Shown here piece after piece: positions 51,410-62,219 of a stretch of DNA of 64,000 bases (the stretch's first letter is position 1; each line of letters opens with the position of its first letter). A program made the translations under genes and the position numbers. The notes beneath the pieces were generated by a model, which was not told where the DNA came from, made no database searches, and was given only the letters and a program-made list of their open reading frames with translations. The DNA is taken from NCBI GenBank assembly GCA_965116685.1, contig OZ220707.1, forward strand, positions 16,714 through 80,713. The letters are read 5' to 3'. The DNA is from Rhodothermales bacterium (lineage in GTDB: Bacteria > Bacteroidota > Rhodothermia > Rhodothermales > Bin80).

Positions 51410-52363
51410 ATGTCCAAAATTCTGGTGATCGCGGAAACAGGTGGTTCGGATTTGTCGGCTTCAACCCTGGAAGTGTGTCAGGCGGCCTCTATACTCTCTA
51501 TCTCTCTGGGCGGGAGCTGGGGGATGCTTGTTCATGACTGCGCGGTGGAGGCTGCCGGCAAGGTTGCTCCTGAGGTGGTGCCATTTTCATTGAGTGAGGA
51601 TACCCATCAGGGAGCAGAGCTTGTGGCTTCAATTGCAGCACAGGTTGCAAAATCGGCTGATGTGGTCGTAATGGCTGCAACAAATACAGGGAAAGATGTG
51701 ATGGGCCGATTAGCCCAGCATCTTTCGGCTGCCTTGGCTCAGGACTGCATGGGATTTGAGGTGGTCTCTAATGAGATTATATTCAAGCGTGCACTGTATG
51801 GAGGCAAGGTAATCGCCGGGGTAAAGTTATCTGGAAAGCCGATGTTGGCAAGCTTTCGGCCCAGATCATTTACCCCGATTACTGAGTCAGACGGGTTTGT
51901 CAAGGTAGCAGCACATGCAGTCAACAGCGTTACCCCCAAAACGAATATCAACCTTCAAGCCAAGGCAGGAAGTGAGCGCCCTGATGTAACCGACGCGTCG
52001 ATCGTTGTGAGTGGGGGCAGAGGTTTGCAAGGCCCAGAGAACTGGTCTATACTCGAAGATCTTCTGGATGCACTTGGTCCGAATGCTGCCTTGGCCTGTT
52101 CACGTCCGGTGAGTGATGATCATTGGCGGCCTCACAGCGAGCATGTGGGGCAAACCGGTCGTGCCATTGCTCCAGACTTATATATTGCCGTTGGGATTTC
52201 GGGGGCGACGCAGCATGTAGCTGGCATTGCGGGGTCCAAGTGTATTCTTGCCATTAACAAGGACCCGGATGCCCCGATTTTCAAGGTTGCCGACTACGGT
52301 ATTGTTGGAGACTTATTTGAGGTCGTTCCTGCTCTTGCGGCTGCCATTCGGGATGCAGTGTAG
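51410..52363 (+). CDS. etfA: Electron transfer flavoprotein, alpha subunit
   Basis: MSKILVIAE start and the C-terminal FAD-binding region VVSGGRG...[28 protein letters not shown]...[13 protein letters not shown]. The ATG at 51410 is preferred. Confidence 0.88.
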   Translation: MSKILVIAETGGSDLSASTLEVCQAASILSISLGGSWGMLVHDCAVEAAGKVAPEVVPFSLSEDTHQGAELVASIAAQVAKSADVVVMAATNTGKDVMGRLAQHLSAALAQDCMGFEVVSNEIIFKRALYGGKVIAGVKLSGKPMLASFRPRSFTPITESDGFVKVAAHAVNSVTPKTNINLQAKAGSERPDVTDASIVVSGGRGLQGPENWSILEDLLDALGPNAALACSRPVSDDHWRPHSEHVGQTGRAIAPDLYIAVGISGATQHVAGIAGSKCILAINKDPDAPIFKVADYGIVGDLFEVVPALAAAIRDAV

Positions 52364-52411
52364 TCCGATCCAGGGTGCTCCCTTGGGTTGCGTCGATTGT
52401 AGCAAAACCAA

Positions 52412-53515
52412 TTAGATCAATAACAGGCCAAGCAGGGCGCCGCCTGCAACAAGCCAAACAGCATTCACCTTAAAGCGCAAGCTCGCAACCGCAGCCAGTA
52501 AGAAGATCACAACAGGTGCCCAGCCAGTCAATACGCTGAGCCCCAGCCGTACCGTGACTACAAGCATCAGAGCAACTGCACTGACATTGACTGCATCTAA
52601 AAATGACCCCATCAGAGCTGATTTACGCAGGCGGGGGATGAGTGGGTTTAGAATGCTGACGAACACAAATGATGGAAGAAAGATTGCAACGGTGGCAATC
52701 AATCCACCTTGCCAGCCGTCCAGGAATACGCCGATGAATGTAGCTGTGCTGAGTACGGGGCCAGGAGTAAACTGGCCGATCGCAATTGCATCCAGCAACT
52801 GTTGCTCAGTCAGCCAGCCGTAGGTCTGCACCAGACCACCCTCCAGGAATGCAATCAAGACGTAACCACTTCCGTAGAGAACCGAACCAACCTTGAGAAA
52901 AAACCAGCCAAGCGTCCAGATACTATACTCCACCTTGGGGGTCTGCAAGAATCCAAGAAGGAAGGGGAGCACTGCACTAATGGTGGTCAGGCGGTGACGC
53001 CAAAAATAAAGACCACCAAGTCCCAATAGGCCTCCTGCTAACATGGCCAGAACCTCGTTGACACCAAGTAATAGTCCAATAGCCACCGCTGTACCAATTG
53101 GAACCAGTGACCAGGCTTTAACGGCAGATTTGCCCAAGCGCCAGAGAGCCCCCAGAATGATTGCCAGTACAGCCGGTTTGATGCCGCGAAGGAATGGCTC
53201 CACCTCAGGCACTGCACCATATTCGGCATACAGCCATCCGAGTGCACCCGTCATCAGTGCAGCGGGTAAGATGAAACAGAGACCAGCAACGACCATACCA
53301 CCAAAACCACGCTGCTCATAGCCAACATGCATGGCCATTTCGGTTGAGTTTGGTCCGGGAATCAGGTTGGTCGCACCGACCAAGTCCAGGAAATGCTCTC
53401 TGGTGAGCCATTTGCGGCGGGTAACGACTTCATCATCCATCATCGCAATGACTGCAGCAGGACCACCGAATCCGATAAAACCCAGCTTGAGAAAAAGTCG
53501 TATCAGTTCATTCAT
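52412..53515 (-). CDS. chrA: Chromate ion transporter (CHR family, two-domain)
   Basis: FLKLGFIGFGGPAAVIAMM...W, NLIPGPNSTE, and a second-half repeat GQFTPGPVLSTATFIG. Confidence 0.82.
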   Translation of the reverse strand: MNELIRLFLKLGFIGFGGPAAVIAMMDDEVVTRRKWLTREHFLDLVGATNLIPGPNSTEMAMHVGYEQRGFGGMVVAGLCFILPAALMTGALGWLYAEYGAVPEVEPFLRGIKPAVLAIILGALWRLGKSAVKAWSLVPIGTAVAIGLLLGVNEVLAMLAGGLLGLGGLYFWRHRLTTISAVLPFLLGFLQTPKVEYSIWTLGWFFLKVGSVLYGSGYVLIAFLEGGLVQTYGWLTEQQLLDAIAIGQFTPGPVLSTATFIGVFLDGWQGGLIATVAIFLPSFVFVSILNPLIPRLRKSALMGSFLDAVNVSAVALMLVVTVRLGLSVLTGWAPVVIFLLAAVASLRFKVNAVWLVAGGALLGLLLI

Positions 53516-53529
53516 GAAGGTGTGATCTC

Positions 53530-53862
53530 ATGGCGAAAAAGATCGAACTGGGTTATGATGGTGAGTGTGAATTCTGTAATTACTCTGTAGACTGGCTCCG
53601 TAGACATGATCGTCATAACCGTCTATCGTTTAAGGAACTTCCATCTGGATCCTCATGCGTCACTTTAAGTGATGAGAAAGGAACATGGGAAGCATCTACT
53701 GCTGCTCTTCGCGCGCTGAAGCATCTGGGAGGTCGATGGAGCATGGTGGCACAGGTGCTCATGGTCATTCCAAGGCCCCTCCGTGATTCAGCTTACCGAA
53801 TGGTTGCAATTCGCCGACACCTCATTACTGATTCTGGAGCAACTCGAAATACCGCTGAATGA
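53530..53862 (+). CDS. DCC1-like thiol-disulfide oxidoreductase (DUF393)
   Basis: YDGECEFCNYSVDWLRRHDRHNRLSF matches the DCC-family CxxC N-terminus. Confidence 0.7.
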   Translation: MAKKIELGYDGECEFCNYSVDWLRRHDRHNRLSFKELPSGSSCVTLSDEKGTWEASTAALRALKHLGGRWSMVAQVLMVIPRPLRDSAYRMVAIRRHLITDSGATRNTAE

Positions 53863-56800
53863 GTTCCTGGTAATCTTTTGCGTACCCGCTTTCAAGTGCA
53901 TTCATCAGTGCACGTTGCAGTTGGTCCTTGGTCATGTCTGGTTGTAGCGGTAGAGGACTCACATGTTCAGTCTCAGATCCTTGGCGACCTTCGCGTTTCC
54001 GTTCGCGCCCCCTTTCTTGAAGGCTGCGTGATGCATCAAGAAGTCTGGTCAGGATCTGTTGCTGACGCTGCTGTGTTGGGTGATTGACTTGACCGGACTG
54101 TAATTCCTGAATAGACTCTTCCATCTGCTGTGCGATACGTTCAAGGTCGCCCGCCAACTGACTGGCTATGTCACGCTCCTGTGCCATCTCGGTCAGTTGG
54201 CGTCGCATCGCTTCCTGCTGTCCAGCGATCTGTTGCAGACGCTCCTGCATATCTGGAGTCAATCGCTCACCTGGCTGCCGCCCAAAAAGCTCCTCAAGTG
54301 CTTGATTTAATTGCTCCTGTTGTGCGGCCATCTGTTGGAGCTGCTGGATCATTTGCTCCATGGACATCCCACCACCACTACTTGACGAAGAATTCATGAG
54401 TTGATCAAGGAGGTCACTCAGAAGCAGAGCCAGATCATTCAGGTTGGTCATTGCATGTGCAGCATAGGACTCGGCGAAGTTACTATTGCGCTCGGTTAGT
54501 GCTTCTGTAGTGGCGGACATATGAAAAATTGCATTCCCGGCAAACTGTTGCACATTCCGTGACAACTGTGGCAAGCTGCGGCCTAATGACTGAATCGAGT
54601 CAGCAACGACTGCACCACCTGTTTCAAGGATTGATTGCTCTTGTGCAAAATCACGTAATAATGGGCTTTCTTGTGTGGCGTTCGCAATCTTTCGACGTAG
54701 TTCTTCCTGATCTTGGGACAACCTGAGAACATTACTCAAAATCAATTTGAGTGCCGCGAGATTAATCTGCATTTGTTGTCCTTGCATCCCGCTCTGAATG
54801 TTCTGCAGATCCGATTGTAGCTGCTGCATGCTCTGACTCATCTGCTGCTGCCCCTGATTCGCCTGTTGCATCTGTCCAGACTGCATCTGCTGAGCATTTT
54901 GCTTCATATTCTCGGGCAGCTCCTTGGCTTGCGTTTGCTCGTTGAGCTGCTCCATTTGGCTCGTGGGAGCTTGCTGAAGCTCTTGCATCCGGTCAGAGAT
55001 TTCTTCCATCTTGTCCTCAAGGGCAGTCATCTCATCCGATGCCAGCAATTGCTCGTCGGATAGGGCTTCTGAATTCTCCTGAGCATCTTGGTCGCCGGTT
55101 TGCTCAGCAAGCCTCTCCTGTACCTGTTGTAGGTCTTCTGCTCGTCGGGCTGCTTCTTCGAGTTGTTGCTGCACTTGAAAATTTTTGAAGAGTTCCAATG
55201 TCCGCTCCATACGCTCTCGGAACATCTCTTCGTTGAACTCAAATTTTTCCAGTGATTCCTGCATCGCGGCAGGATCAAATTCGGAGAGTGCCTCTTGCAG
55301 TTCCTGCAATGCTTCCATGAGTTCTGGGGAACTGATCTCTTCGGTTACCTCCTGGAGTTCTTCAAATAGATCCAGTAATTCATTACTGACCAGATTGTGA
55401 TCTTCCATTTGCTGCACAGCGTCGGCCATATTACTGGCAAGTTCATCTATCCGGTTTTGAAGCTCTTCCTGTGCCTGACGCAACCCATCAAGGCTTTGGC
55501 GGTCATCCCAACTGGCATCCTGTTTTCTGCGCAGTTCATCCCTGAGCTCATCAAATTCCTCCCGCACCAATTCTGCTTCTTCTAAAAGCGATTCAAGTCC
55601 AGACTCGGTCTCATCCTGTGTAGCTTCAAGCGCTTCATATCGTTCAGTAATGGATGGAAGACGTAGCTCCTGGATCGTGCTTGAGTTCTTTTTGGGACCA
55701 TTGTATCCATCATTATCCCAGATCGTTACGAAATAGCTGATTACATCCCCAGGGACAATATCAAGACCAGTTGTTAGATCCAGATCCCAGAGGTATTGAA
55801 TTTCAGGGGTCATTGGAAGTGGGAGTTCCATTTCCTGGAAGGAATCCATCGTATCTCCAAAGCGACTCTCGGAATGGCGCCAGGAAAGGGTGAAACGTGA
55901 GAAACCAAAATCGTCCTGAACGCGAATGGTTAAAGGAACCAAAAGCTCAAAATCCATATCTGCCCGGGGATCTGGAGAGATGAGTTCAATGGAAGGGTAG
56001 CGGTCATACAGCGGGGTAATCGAATAGGTGATCGGGTCAAGATTACGGACACCACTGGAAGATTCAAGTAGTATACGGTAGCTGATTTCATCATGAACGG
56101 TGAGGGTTCCGGCCAAGTCGTTAAGAATGATCTCATCGCTATCCGAATCAAGCGAAAGCCAGCCTCGGGTACCAGGAATGCTGGATCGAATTTGGATATG
56201 TGCTGCAGTGCCCTGTAATGCGGTAATATTTCCTGTTCCGGGGGGCAATTCTTCGGCTGGAAGCTCTGAATAGGGTGGGGGATGCAGGGTGATTTGCAGG
56301 TTTCGAAGAACGGGTCGGTCGATGACGGTAACATCATACCAGTCGGATGTCACAGAACCGGATACTGCACGGTACCGAAATGGCAAACGCAGATTGTTTT
56401 CCTGATGAAGAAAACGACCGAGTGAATCGACCTTGACATTCTGTGACCGTACGCGGGTTTCTCCAATTACACCTAGTTCAAAGGTAACCATATCCGGCAT
56501 CGTAACTCCCGATGCATGGGCAATCATCACCAGTGAATCTCCTTTAGTCACTTCGGTATTACCGGGTGTAACCGAGAGAGAGAATGGGGCGGGGCGCTCA
56601 AAGGTTGTACCGGGAGAGAACAGGCGGACGGAAGCGTCCCGGAATCCCTGCGGAGCTGCGAGAACCAGCATGGCGATCAGCCCAAGCGGGATCACTGTAT
56701 ATCGGCTCCAAGCGATGGGTTGATGCCAGTTGACTTTCTCAAGCAGTGGTAATTTGGATACTTCTGCATCAAGTGATTGCACGGCATGATCAACCAAGGG

Positions 56801-57181
56801 CTGCGGAGCGGGGCTTGCATCTCCATTACACAGTTCAAGTAGGGACACCAACTGGTTTTGTAGAGCAGGTTGCTCCTGGGCCACCGTACGCGCAATATTT
56901 TTGTACTGTGAACGGCGGATCCATCCGGTGATCCAAGGATGAATGACAAGCCGGAAAAGCAGGGCAGTCGCTGCAACAACCCAGGCCCAAAAAAATATGC
57001 TGCGCCAAGAGGTTGGCATCCAGAAACGCATTTCCACCATCAACAGCAGGGCGAGACCACTGGCAACAGCAATAACCAGCAGAACAAGGCCAATGGCCAC
57101 GCGTTCGGTGATTAGACGATTCCAGCACGCTCGAAGCCGGCTCTGGATCCCATTCAGAATATATCTGGACTCATTGCTCAT
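53825..57181 (-). CDS. DUF4175-like giant membrane-anchored protein with a long Q/E-rich coiled-coil
   Basis: Two N-terminal TM segments, a beta-rich central region, ~500 aa of heptad-like E/Q/L sequence, and a C-terminal ...GYAKDYQELIQRYFELLQNQ tail typical of this family as I recall it. Confidence 0.6.
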   Translation of the reverse strand: MSNESRYILNGIQSRLRACWNRLITERVAIGLVLLVIAVASGLALLLMVEMRFWMPTSWRSIFFWAWVVAATALLFRLVIHPWITGWIRRSQYKNIARTVAQEQPALQNQLVSLLELCNGDASPAPQPLVDHAVQSLDAEVSKLPLLEKVNWHQPIAWSRYTVIPLGLIAMLVLAAPQGFRDASVRLFSPGTTFERPAPFSLSVTPGNTEVTKGDSLVMIAHASGVTMPDMVTFELGVIGETRVRSQNVKVDSLGRFLHQENNLRLPFRYRAVSGSVTSDWYDVTVIDRPVLRNLQITLHPPPYSELPAEELPPGTGNITALQGTAAHIQIRSSIPGTRGWLSLDSDSDEIILNDLAGTLTVHDEISYRILLESSSGVRNLDPITYSITPLYDRYPSIELISPDPRADMDFELLVPLTIRVQDDFGFSRFTLSWRHSESRFGDTMDSFQEMELPLPMTPEIQYLWDLDLTTGLDIVPGDVISYFVTIWDNDGYNGPKKNSSTIQELRLPSITERYEALEATQDETESGLESLLEEAELVREEFDELRDELRRKQDASWDDRQSLDGLRQAQEELQNRIDELASNMADAVQQMEDHNLVSNELLDLFEELQEVTEEISSPELMEALQELQEALSEFDPAAMQESLEKFEFNEEMFRERMERTLELFKNFQVQQQLEEAARRAEDLQQVQERLAEQTGDQDAQENSEALSDEQLLASDEMTALEDKMEEISDRMQELQQAPTSQMEQLNEQTQAKELPENMKQNAQQMQSGQMQQANQGQQQMSQSMQQLQSDLQNIQSGMQGQQMQINLAALKLILSNVLRLSQDQEELRRKIANATQESPLLRDFAQEQSILETGGAVVADSIQSLGRSLPQLSRNVQQFAGNAIFHMSATTEALTERNSNFAESYAAHAMTNLNDLALLLSDLLDQLMNSSSSSGGGMSMEQMIQQLQQMAAQQEQLNQALEELFGRQPGERLTPDMQERLQQIAGQQEAMRRQLTEMAQERDIASQLAGDLERIAQQMEESIQELQSGQVNHPTQQRQQQILTRLLDASRSLQERGRERKREGRQGSETEHVSPLPLQPDMTKDQLQRALMNALESGYAKDYQELIQRYFELLQNQ

Positions 57182-57279
57182 CAGGGTAGTTTACCAAGCA
57201 TCATTCTAGCGGTTTCGCAGTCATTCATATTAATTCATCGCAGTATAGTCCTATCTTTCTATGAATCACCTCAATTCAA

Positions 57280-58542
57280 ATGACTGATTGTATTGCCATT
57301 ATCCTCGGCGGTGGAGCGGGATCGCGTCTATTTCCACTCACGTTTCTTCGCTCAAAGCCTGCGGTGCCGCTTGCCGGCAAGTACCGGCTGATTGACGTTC
57401 CAGTCTCCAACTGCATTAATTCCAACATCAACAAGATCTTTGTTCTGACACAATTCAATTCTGCCAGTTTGAATCGTCATCTTGCTCATACCTACCGGTT
57501 CGATAATTATCGGCGGGGCTTTGTTACGGTCATGGCTGCTGAGCAGACACAGCGTTCAGCAAACTGGTTTCAGGGGACCGCGGATGCCGTACGTCAATGT
57601 ATCCCTCACGTTTCAATTTACCGCCAGAAATATGTGCTGATTCTATCAGGAGATCAACTCTATTCGATGGATTATCGAAAGATTATTGATCACCATGCAG
57701 CCAATGATGCGGCAGTCACTGTCGCGACGATTCCAGTTACGGCAGAAGAGGCCTCTGGTTTTGGTATTCTCAAAACCGATGAACATCAGGAGATCACCGA
57801 GTTCTATGAAAAGCCCGAGGACCTCACCGGAAAGTCAAGTATGGTTAGTGAATCGATGGAGGCTGCTGGACGTGTATATCTGGCATCCATGGGTATTTAT
57901 GTGTTCAACAGCGAACTTCTCTTCAAGGCACTTGATCAACATCCGAATGACCATGATTTTGGGAAGCAGATTATTCCCCGAGCGATTGATAAAGTAAAGG
58001 TGGTCAGTTATCCGTTCGAAGGATACTGGAGTGATATTGGTACGATCCGCTCCTACTATGATGCCAGCCTGATGCTAACGGACCCTCTACCGGGATTCAA
58101 TATCTACGATACAAACAAGAGATTGTACACAAATGCACGGATGCTCCCACCTGCAAAAATGTCAGGGGCTAAATTCACGGACAGTCTTGTATCCGAGGGA
58201 AGTGTAATTGGTGATAGTTCCATCACCAGATCTGTGATCGGAATCCGCTCACGCATTGGCAACCATACGACAATCCGTGACTCAGTTCTGCTGGGTGCGG
58301 ACTATTATCCGTTGCATGGATTGGCATCCAGCGACCGTACTGAAGGTCCGGAACAGCCCGGCGTAGGAGATCACACATTTATTGAGGGCACCATCGTAGA
58401 CAAGAATGTGCGTATTGGCAATAAGTGCATCATACGCAACAAGGAAAGCGTACAAGAGCACGATGGGGATAGTTTTTATATCCGGGATGGAGTCGTCGTG
58501 ATTCCGAAGAATGCCACAATTCCAGATGAAACCGTGATCTGA
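57280..58542 (+). CDS. glgC: Glucose-1-phosphate adenylyltransferase
   Basis: AIILGGGAGSRLFPLTFLRSKPAVPLAGKYRLIDVPVSNCINS, FQGTADAV, GYWSDIGTI. Confidence 0.9.
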   Translation: MTDCIAIILGGGAGSRLFPLTFLRSKPAVPLAGKYRLIDVPVSNCINSNINKIFVLTQFNSASLNRHLAHTYRFDNYRRGFVTVMAAEQTQRSANWFQGTADAVRQCIPHVSIYRQKYVLILSGDQLYSMDYRKIIDHHAANDAAVTVATIPVTAEEASGFGILKTDEHQEITEFYEKPEDLTGKSSMVSESMEAAGRVYLASMGIYVFNSELLFKALDQHPNDHDFGKQIIPRAIDKVKVVSYPFEGYWSDIGTIRSYYDASLMLTDPLPGFNIYDTNKRLYTNARMLPPAKMSGAKFTDSLVSEGSVIGDSSITRSVIGIRSRIGNHTTIRDSVLLGADYYPLHGLASSDRTEGPEQPGVGDHTFIEGTIVDKNVRIGNKCIIRNKESVQEHDGDSFYIRDGVVVIPKNATIPDETVI

Positions 58543-59111
58543 TGCAATTGGCCGAGAGCAGATACTGGTGGACTCCACCGTTGATTGGGCTTTTGATTTT
58601 AACAGGATGTCGAACCTATGGCAGCAGCGCTGATGATCAGATTGCTGCGAGCGTGCTCACGGCTGCTCAGCAGATAGCCGCCGAGGCTTCAATGATCGAA
58701 GTTGAATTAGCGATGCTGACGGAGGCCGCAGCAATTTATCCTGAATTAATTCCTTTCAGTGAGCGTATGCAGGCCATCGTAGATGGGTACATGGAGATGA
58801 AAGAGAAGCAGAAGAAACTGGCAGAGGAGGTCATTTCTATTCAGGACAATTTCGTTACGAACTGGGTTGGCCAGGATCGCTACAGAGCATTACATCGTGC
58901 ACTTGGCACAATCATCAGCGAAAGAGAATTGAAGCAGCATCAAATAAATTTGGTTGTTCAAGATCTAGGAAGGCATCTTGGGGTTACAGCAGAGAGGCAG
59001 CCAGCCGAGGAAGGTCGCTTACAAATTCGGCCCCATCATTACAACCGGTCATGGTCAGTTACAGAACTCCAGGATCTATTGGCCGATATAGAATCGGAAC
59101 CCACTGAATAG
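58542..59111 (+). CDS. Hypothetical lipoprotein (helical)
   Basis: Lipobox LLILTGC. The ATG overlaps the glgC stop (TGATG). No family recognised. Confidence 0.45.
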   Translation: MQLAESRYWWTPPLIGLLILTGCRTYGSSADDQIAASVLTAAQQIAAEASMIEVELAMLTEAAAIYPELIPFSERMQAIVDGYMEMKEKQKKLAEEVISIQDNFVTNWVGQDRYRALHRALGTIISERELKQHQINLVVQDLGRHLGVTAERQPAEEGRLQIRPHHYNRSWSVTELQDLLADIESEPTE

Positions 59112-59151
59112 TACCCTTGAATCGGGCTACAGGTTGATCACTCATGGACAT

Positions 59152-61131
59152 ATGATCCTGAGGATACTCTTTTTTTTGTGTGTAGCCGGAACAGCGCAGG
59201 CTCAAGTGCCGACGGATTCACTCATCCACTATGAGCTAGGAGATATTGTTGTACGCTCATCAGGGGATTTTCCTGATATATCGTCCATATCCACCATGCA
59301 GCAGGTTCGTCTGGCAGGGATTGCCCAAGCGGATGCGGCTTCCATTAACCCTGTCCTCCGGCAGATTCCATCGGCACATCTTCAGACGAACTCCAGGGGA
59401 GAATCGCTTATCTATTTGCGGGGGGCGGGCGAGCGGCAGGTGAGTTTATTTTTTGATGGAGCCTTGCTCAATATTCCCTGGGATAATCGAATAGATCTAA
59501 GCCTGATCCCCTCAGAGGTGGTAGGAGAAATTTCGATTGCCAAAGGTGTCCCATCCGTTCTTTATGGAGCGAATGTTCTCGGCGGGGCGATCAGTATGAC
59601 CTCCAGGCAGCTTCGTAATCCAGGGAGTTTTTCACAGGTATCAGGGATTCTGGGTTCGTATGGTTCACAGCAGGCCCGGATGACCTGGCTTCGCCGTACG
59701 GAACACTTCCAGTCCACGGTTTTTGTGGGAATCTCGGATCAAGACGGCTTTCGTCTTCCACGAAAGGCTGATCTGCCATACAGCCAAGACTCGAATGACC
59801 TTCGAACCAATACCGACCGCCAGATGCGATCCGTATTCGGGCAATTCTCTTTCAATGTTGCGGGGGAGGGGAGTATTGGAGTTTCATTCTTGCGTTTTGA
59901 TGGCAAGAAGGGAATCGCGCCAGAAGGGCATCTGGATCCACGAAACGCAAACGTGCGCTACTGGCGATATCCAGACTGGGGCACGAATATGGCGATCCTC
60001 AGCAGTAAATTCCCTTTTCTGGACGGAACCTTGCGCGGTACAGCATGGCTCGGCAGATTTGGCCAAACTATCGCACAGTACTCTGATAAATCCTACTCCG
60101 AACAGCTGGAAACCCAGATCGATAAGGATGATACGTACGGTGCACGACTCACGTATTTACGTGATTTTTCGGACTCTGGATCACTCCGGGCGGCGGTCAA
60201 TCTTCTTTCATCAAGCCATAAACAGGAAGATCTTGAAACGCAGGGATCATCGCTGTACAGAGTTTTTTCGCAGCGCATTCTCAGTAATGGGATTGAGTAT
60301 ACTAGGTCTGGCCTAGTGAATGTGATGGTTGGTGCAAGTATGGATGTTCTCGCAACTCCCAAGACAGGCGATAAGCCTGACCGCGGTCCGCAGACAGGGC
60401 TGGGGATAACCATGGGGCTATCCCATGAATTCCATTCCGGTGTAAGGATCAGGGGGATAGTCGGACGCAAGACGCGTTTTCCAACCATGCGGGAGTTATT
60501 TGGAGAGGCTCTGGGGCGTTTCCTTGTCAATCCGGAACTAAAGCCTGAATCTTCTCTTCTCACCGAGGCAGCGATTGAGTTTGAGCGCGGTGAAACCACC
60601 GCGGAGGCCATTGCCTTCTTTAACCGGACCTACAATACGATTGGCCAGGAGATGGTGTTGCTTGAAGGGGAAACCAGGGCAAGGCGCCAGCGAGTCAATC
60701 TTGAAGGGAGCCGCGTATTCGGGCTCGAGGCCACCGTCACTTCCAGAATGATCCCAAGCCTGCTGCTCAGTTGTAGTCTGACGGGAATGCGCGCTCGTGA
60801 ACTTAGTCCGAATGGGACTCAGCCGCTTGTGGAAAAGCCATCCTGGATTGGAGGATGCAATGTGAATTATCGACTTGGGGTAGGGATTTCGGTCGTATTA
60901 GAGAGTTCCTATTCCGGCCAAGCGTATGGATTGGGAGAAGAGAATGATCTGATTGCACTTCCGAATTCGCTGGTAATGAATTCTCGTGTTGCATGGCTGA
61001 TTCTCTACGGGGAGTATTCGGCGGAACTATTCGCAAGAGTAAACAATCTCACCGATGAGGTCGTCCTACCCCAGTTGGGGCTTCCGGGGCCGGGTAGGGC
61101 CTTACACGCTGGCCTTCAAGTGACGTTTTGA
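59152..61131 (+). CDS. TonB-dependent receptor
   Basis: Signal peptide, plug-domain motifs (IYLRGAGERQVSLFFDGALLNIPWDN, VLYGANVLGGAISM), and a C-terminal beta-barrel ending ...LQVTF. Confidence 0.85.
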   Translation: MILRILFFLCVAGTAQAQVPTDSLIHYELGDIVVRSSGDFPDISSISTMQQVRLAGIAQADAASINPVLRQIPSAHLQTNSRGESLIYLRGAGERQVSLFFDGALLNIPWDNRIDLSLIPSEVVGEISIAKGVPSVLYGANVLGGAISMTSRQLRNPGSFSQVSGILGSYGSQQARMTWLRRTEHFQSTVFVGISDQDGFRLPRKADLPYSQDSNDLRTNTDRQMRSVFGQFSFNVAGEGSIGVSFLRFDGKKGIAPEGHLDPRNANVRYWRYPDWGTNMAILSSKFPFLDGTLRGTAWLGRFGQTIAQYSDKSYSEQLETQIDKDDTYGARLTYLRDFSDSGSLRAAVNLLSSSHKQEDLETQGSSLYRVFSQRILSNGIEYTRSGLVNVMVGASMDVLATPKTGDKPDRGPQTGLGITMGLSHEFHSGVRIRGIVGRKTRFPTMRELFGEALGRFLVNPELKPESSLLTEAAIEFERGETTAEAIAFFNRTYNTIGQEMVLLEGETRARRQRVNLEGSRVFGLEATVTSRMIPSLLLSCSLTGMRARELSPNGTQPLVEKPSWIGGCNVNYRLGVGISVVLESSYSGQAYGLGEENDLIALPNSLVMNSRVAWLILYGEYSAELFARVNNLTDEVVLPQLGLPGPGRALHAGLQVTF

Positions 61132-61256
61132 GAGCGACTGGATCGTGAGGCAGGTTCTCCCAGGTTACGTCAGAGGTTGGGTAAAGAATGTTAGCAGATC
61201 GGATGTGAATATTTCAGTAATTCGCTGTCTCGACTTGAATGGTAAGGTTGAGGAGC

Positions 61257-62219
61257 TTATTGGTTGTTATGTGCAGATTGAATACGACGGAGGATTTCGA
61301 TTACTAAGTTTTGTGCCTCAGCTATTTGATTGGCTGTCATGTGCGACTCACGGAGTAAAGTTTTTTGAGCAAGTGCTAATTGGTGTCCTTCCGTGGCAGC
61401 AATACTTAACCACGCATAGGCTCTTACGTTGAAATAATTGCAATCACTGCAATGCTTGTAATCATCCCCATCATTTGGGAATTGCCGTTTACTCAGATAC
61501 TTCATTCCCAAGGAATAATGATCACTGGCATCTCCCTGCTCGGCCATTAATTCATACCATTTCATTGCCTCTTGCTCGTTTTTCGGAACTCCCTTTCCAT
61601 CGTCATACATATTTCCAAGGCTGCGTTGAGCTGTGGTGTCTCCCTGCCCCGCTGCTCGTCGATACCATTTCATTGCTTCCTGGTAGTTCTCCGGTACGCC
61701 AAGGCCATTTTCGTACATAATTCCAAGATTCTTTTGTGCTCTGGCGTGTCCTTGCTCAGCGGTGAGTTTCCACCATCTCAAAGCTTCCTGATAGTTTTTC
61801 GGCCCTCCCTCTCCGTTGTAGTACATATATCCAAGGCTGCCTTGGGCGTGCCCTTGCTCAGCTGCGAGTCGAAACCATTTCAAAGCCTCCAGATAGTTTC
61901 GCGAAACCCCCTTCGCGTTGTAGTACATTCCTCCAAGGTTGTATTGTGCATCGGCGAGTCCTTGCTCAGCTGCAAGTAAGAACCATTTCAATGCCATTTT
62001 ATGGTTCTCCTTAATTCCGTGACCATTTGCATAAGCAACTCCTAGCTGCCATTGGGCCTCAACATTGCCTGACTCTGCTGCCTGATATAATTGATCAATA
62101 TCCTGTGCTGCGATATAGCCGGAATTCCCTGACGCTAGAAGTATCAAAGAGAAAAGAAAAAGTAAGAATCTCATGGTGGTACATACTTGGTTCAGAGATA
62201 CTGTTACGGATTCGTTCAT
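61257..62219 (-). CDS. SEL1/TPR-like repeat protein, secreted
   Basis: About six repeats of A..WF..AAEQG.A.AQ..LG.MY..G.GV..N. The likely true start is the internal MRFLLFLFSLILLA signal peptide (62174). Confidence 0.8.
   Translation of the reverse strand: MNESVTVSLNQVCTTMRFLLFLFSLILLASGNSGYIAAQDIDQLYQAAESGNVEAQWQLGVAYANGHGIKENHKMALKWFLLAAEQGLADAQYNLGGMYYNAKGVSRNYLEALKWFRLAAEQGHAQGSLGYMYYNGEGGPKNYQEALRWWKLTAEQGHARAQKNLGIMYENGLGVPENYQEAMKWYRRAAGQGDTTAQRSLGNMYDDGKGVPKNEQEAMKWYELMAEQGDASDHYSLGMKYLSKRQFPNDGDDYKHCSDCNYFNVRAYAWLSIAATEGHQLALAQKTLLRESHMTANQIAEAQNLVIEILRRIQSAHNNQ

Noticed and set aside
53825-53862. The 38-nt convergent overlap of the DCC gene and the DUF4175-like gene as a regulatory antisense feature.
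   Set aside because: Short 3'-3' overlaps are common, and either stop-proximal region could simply be tolerated. There is no supporting structure.
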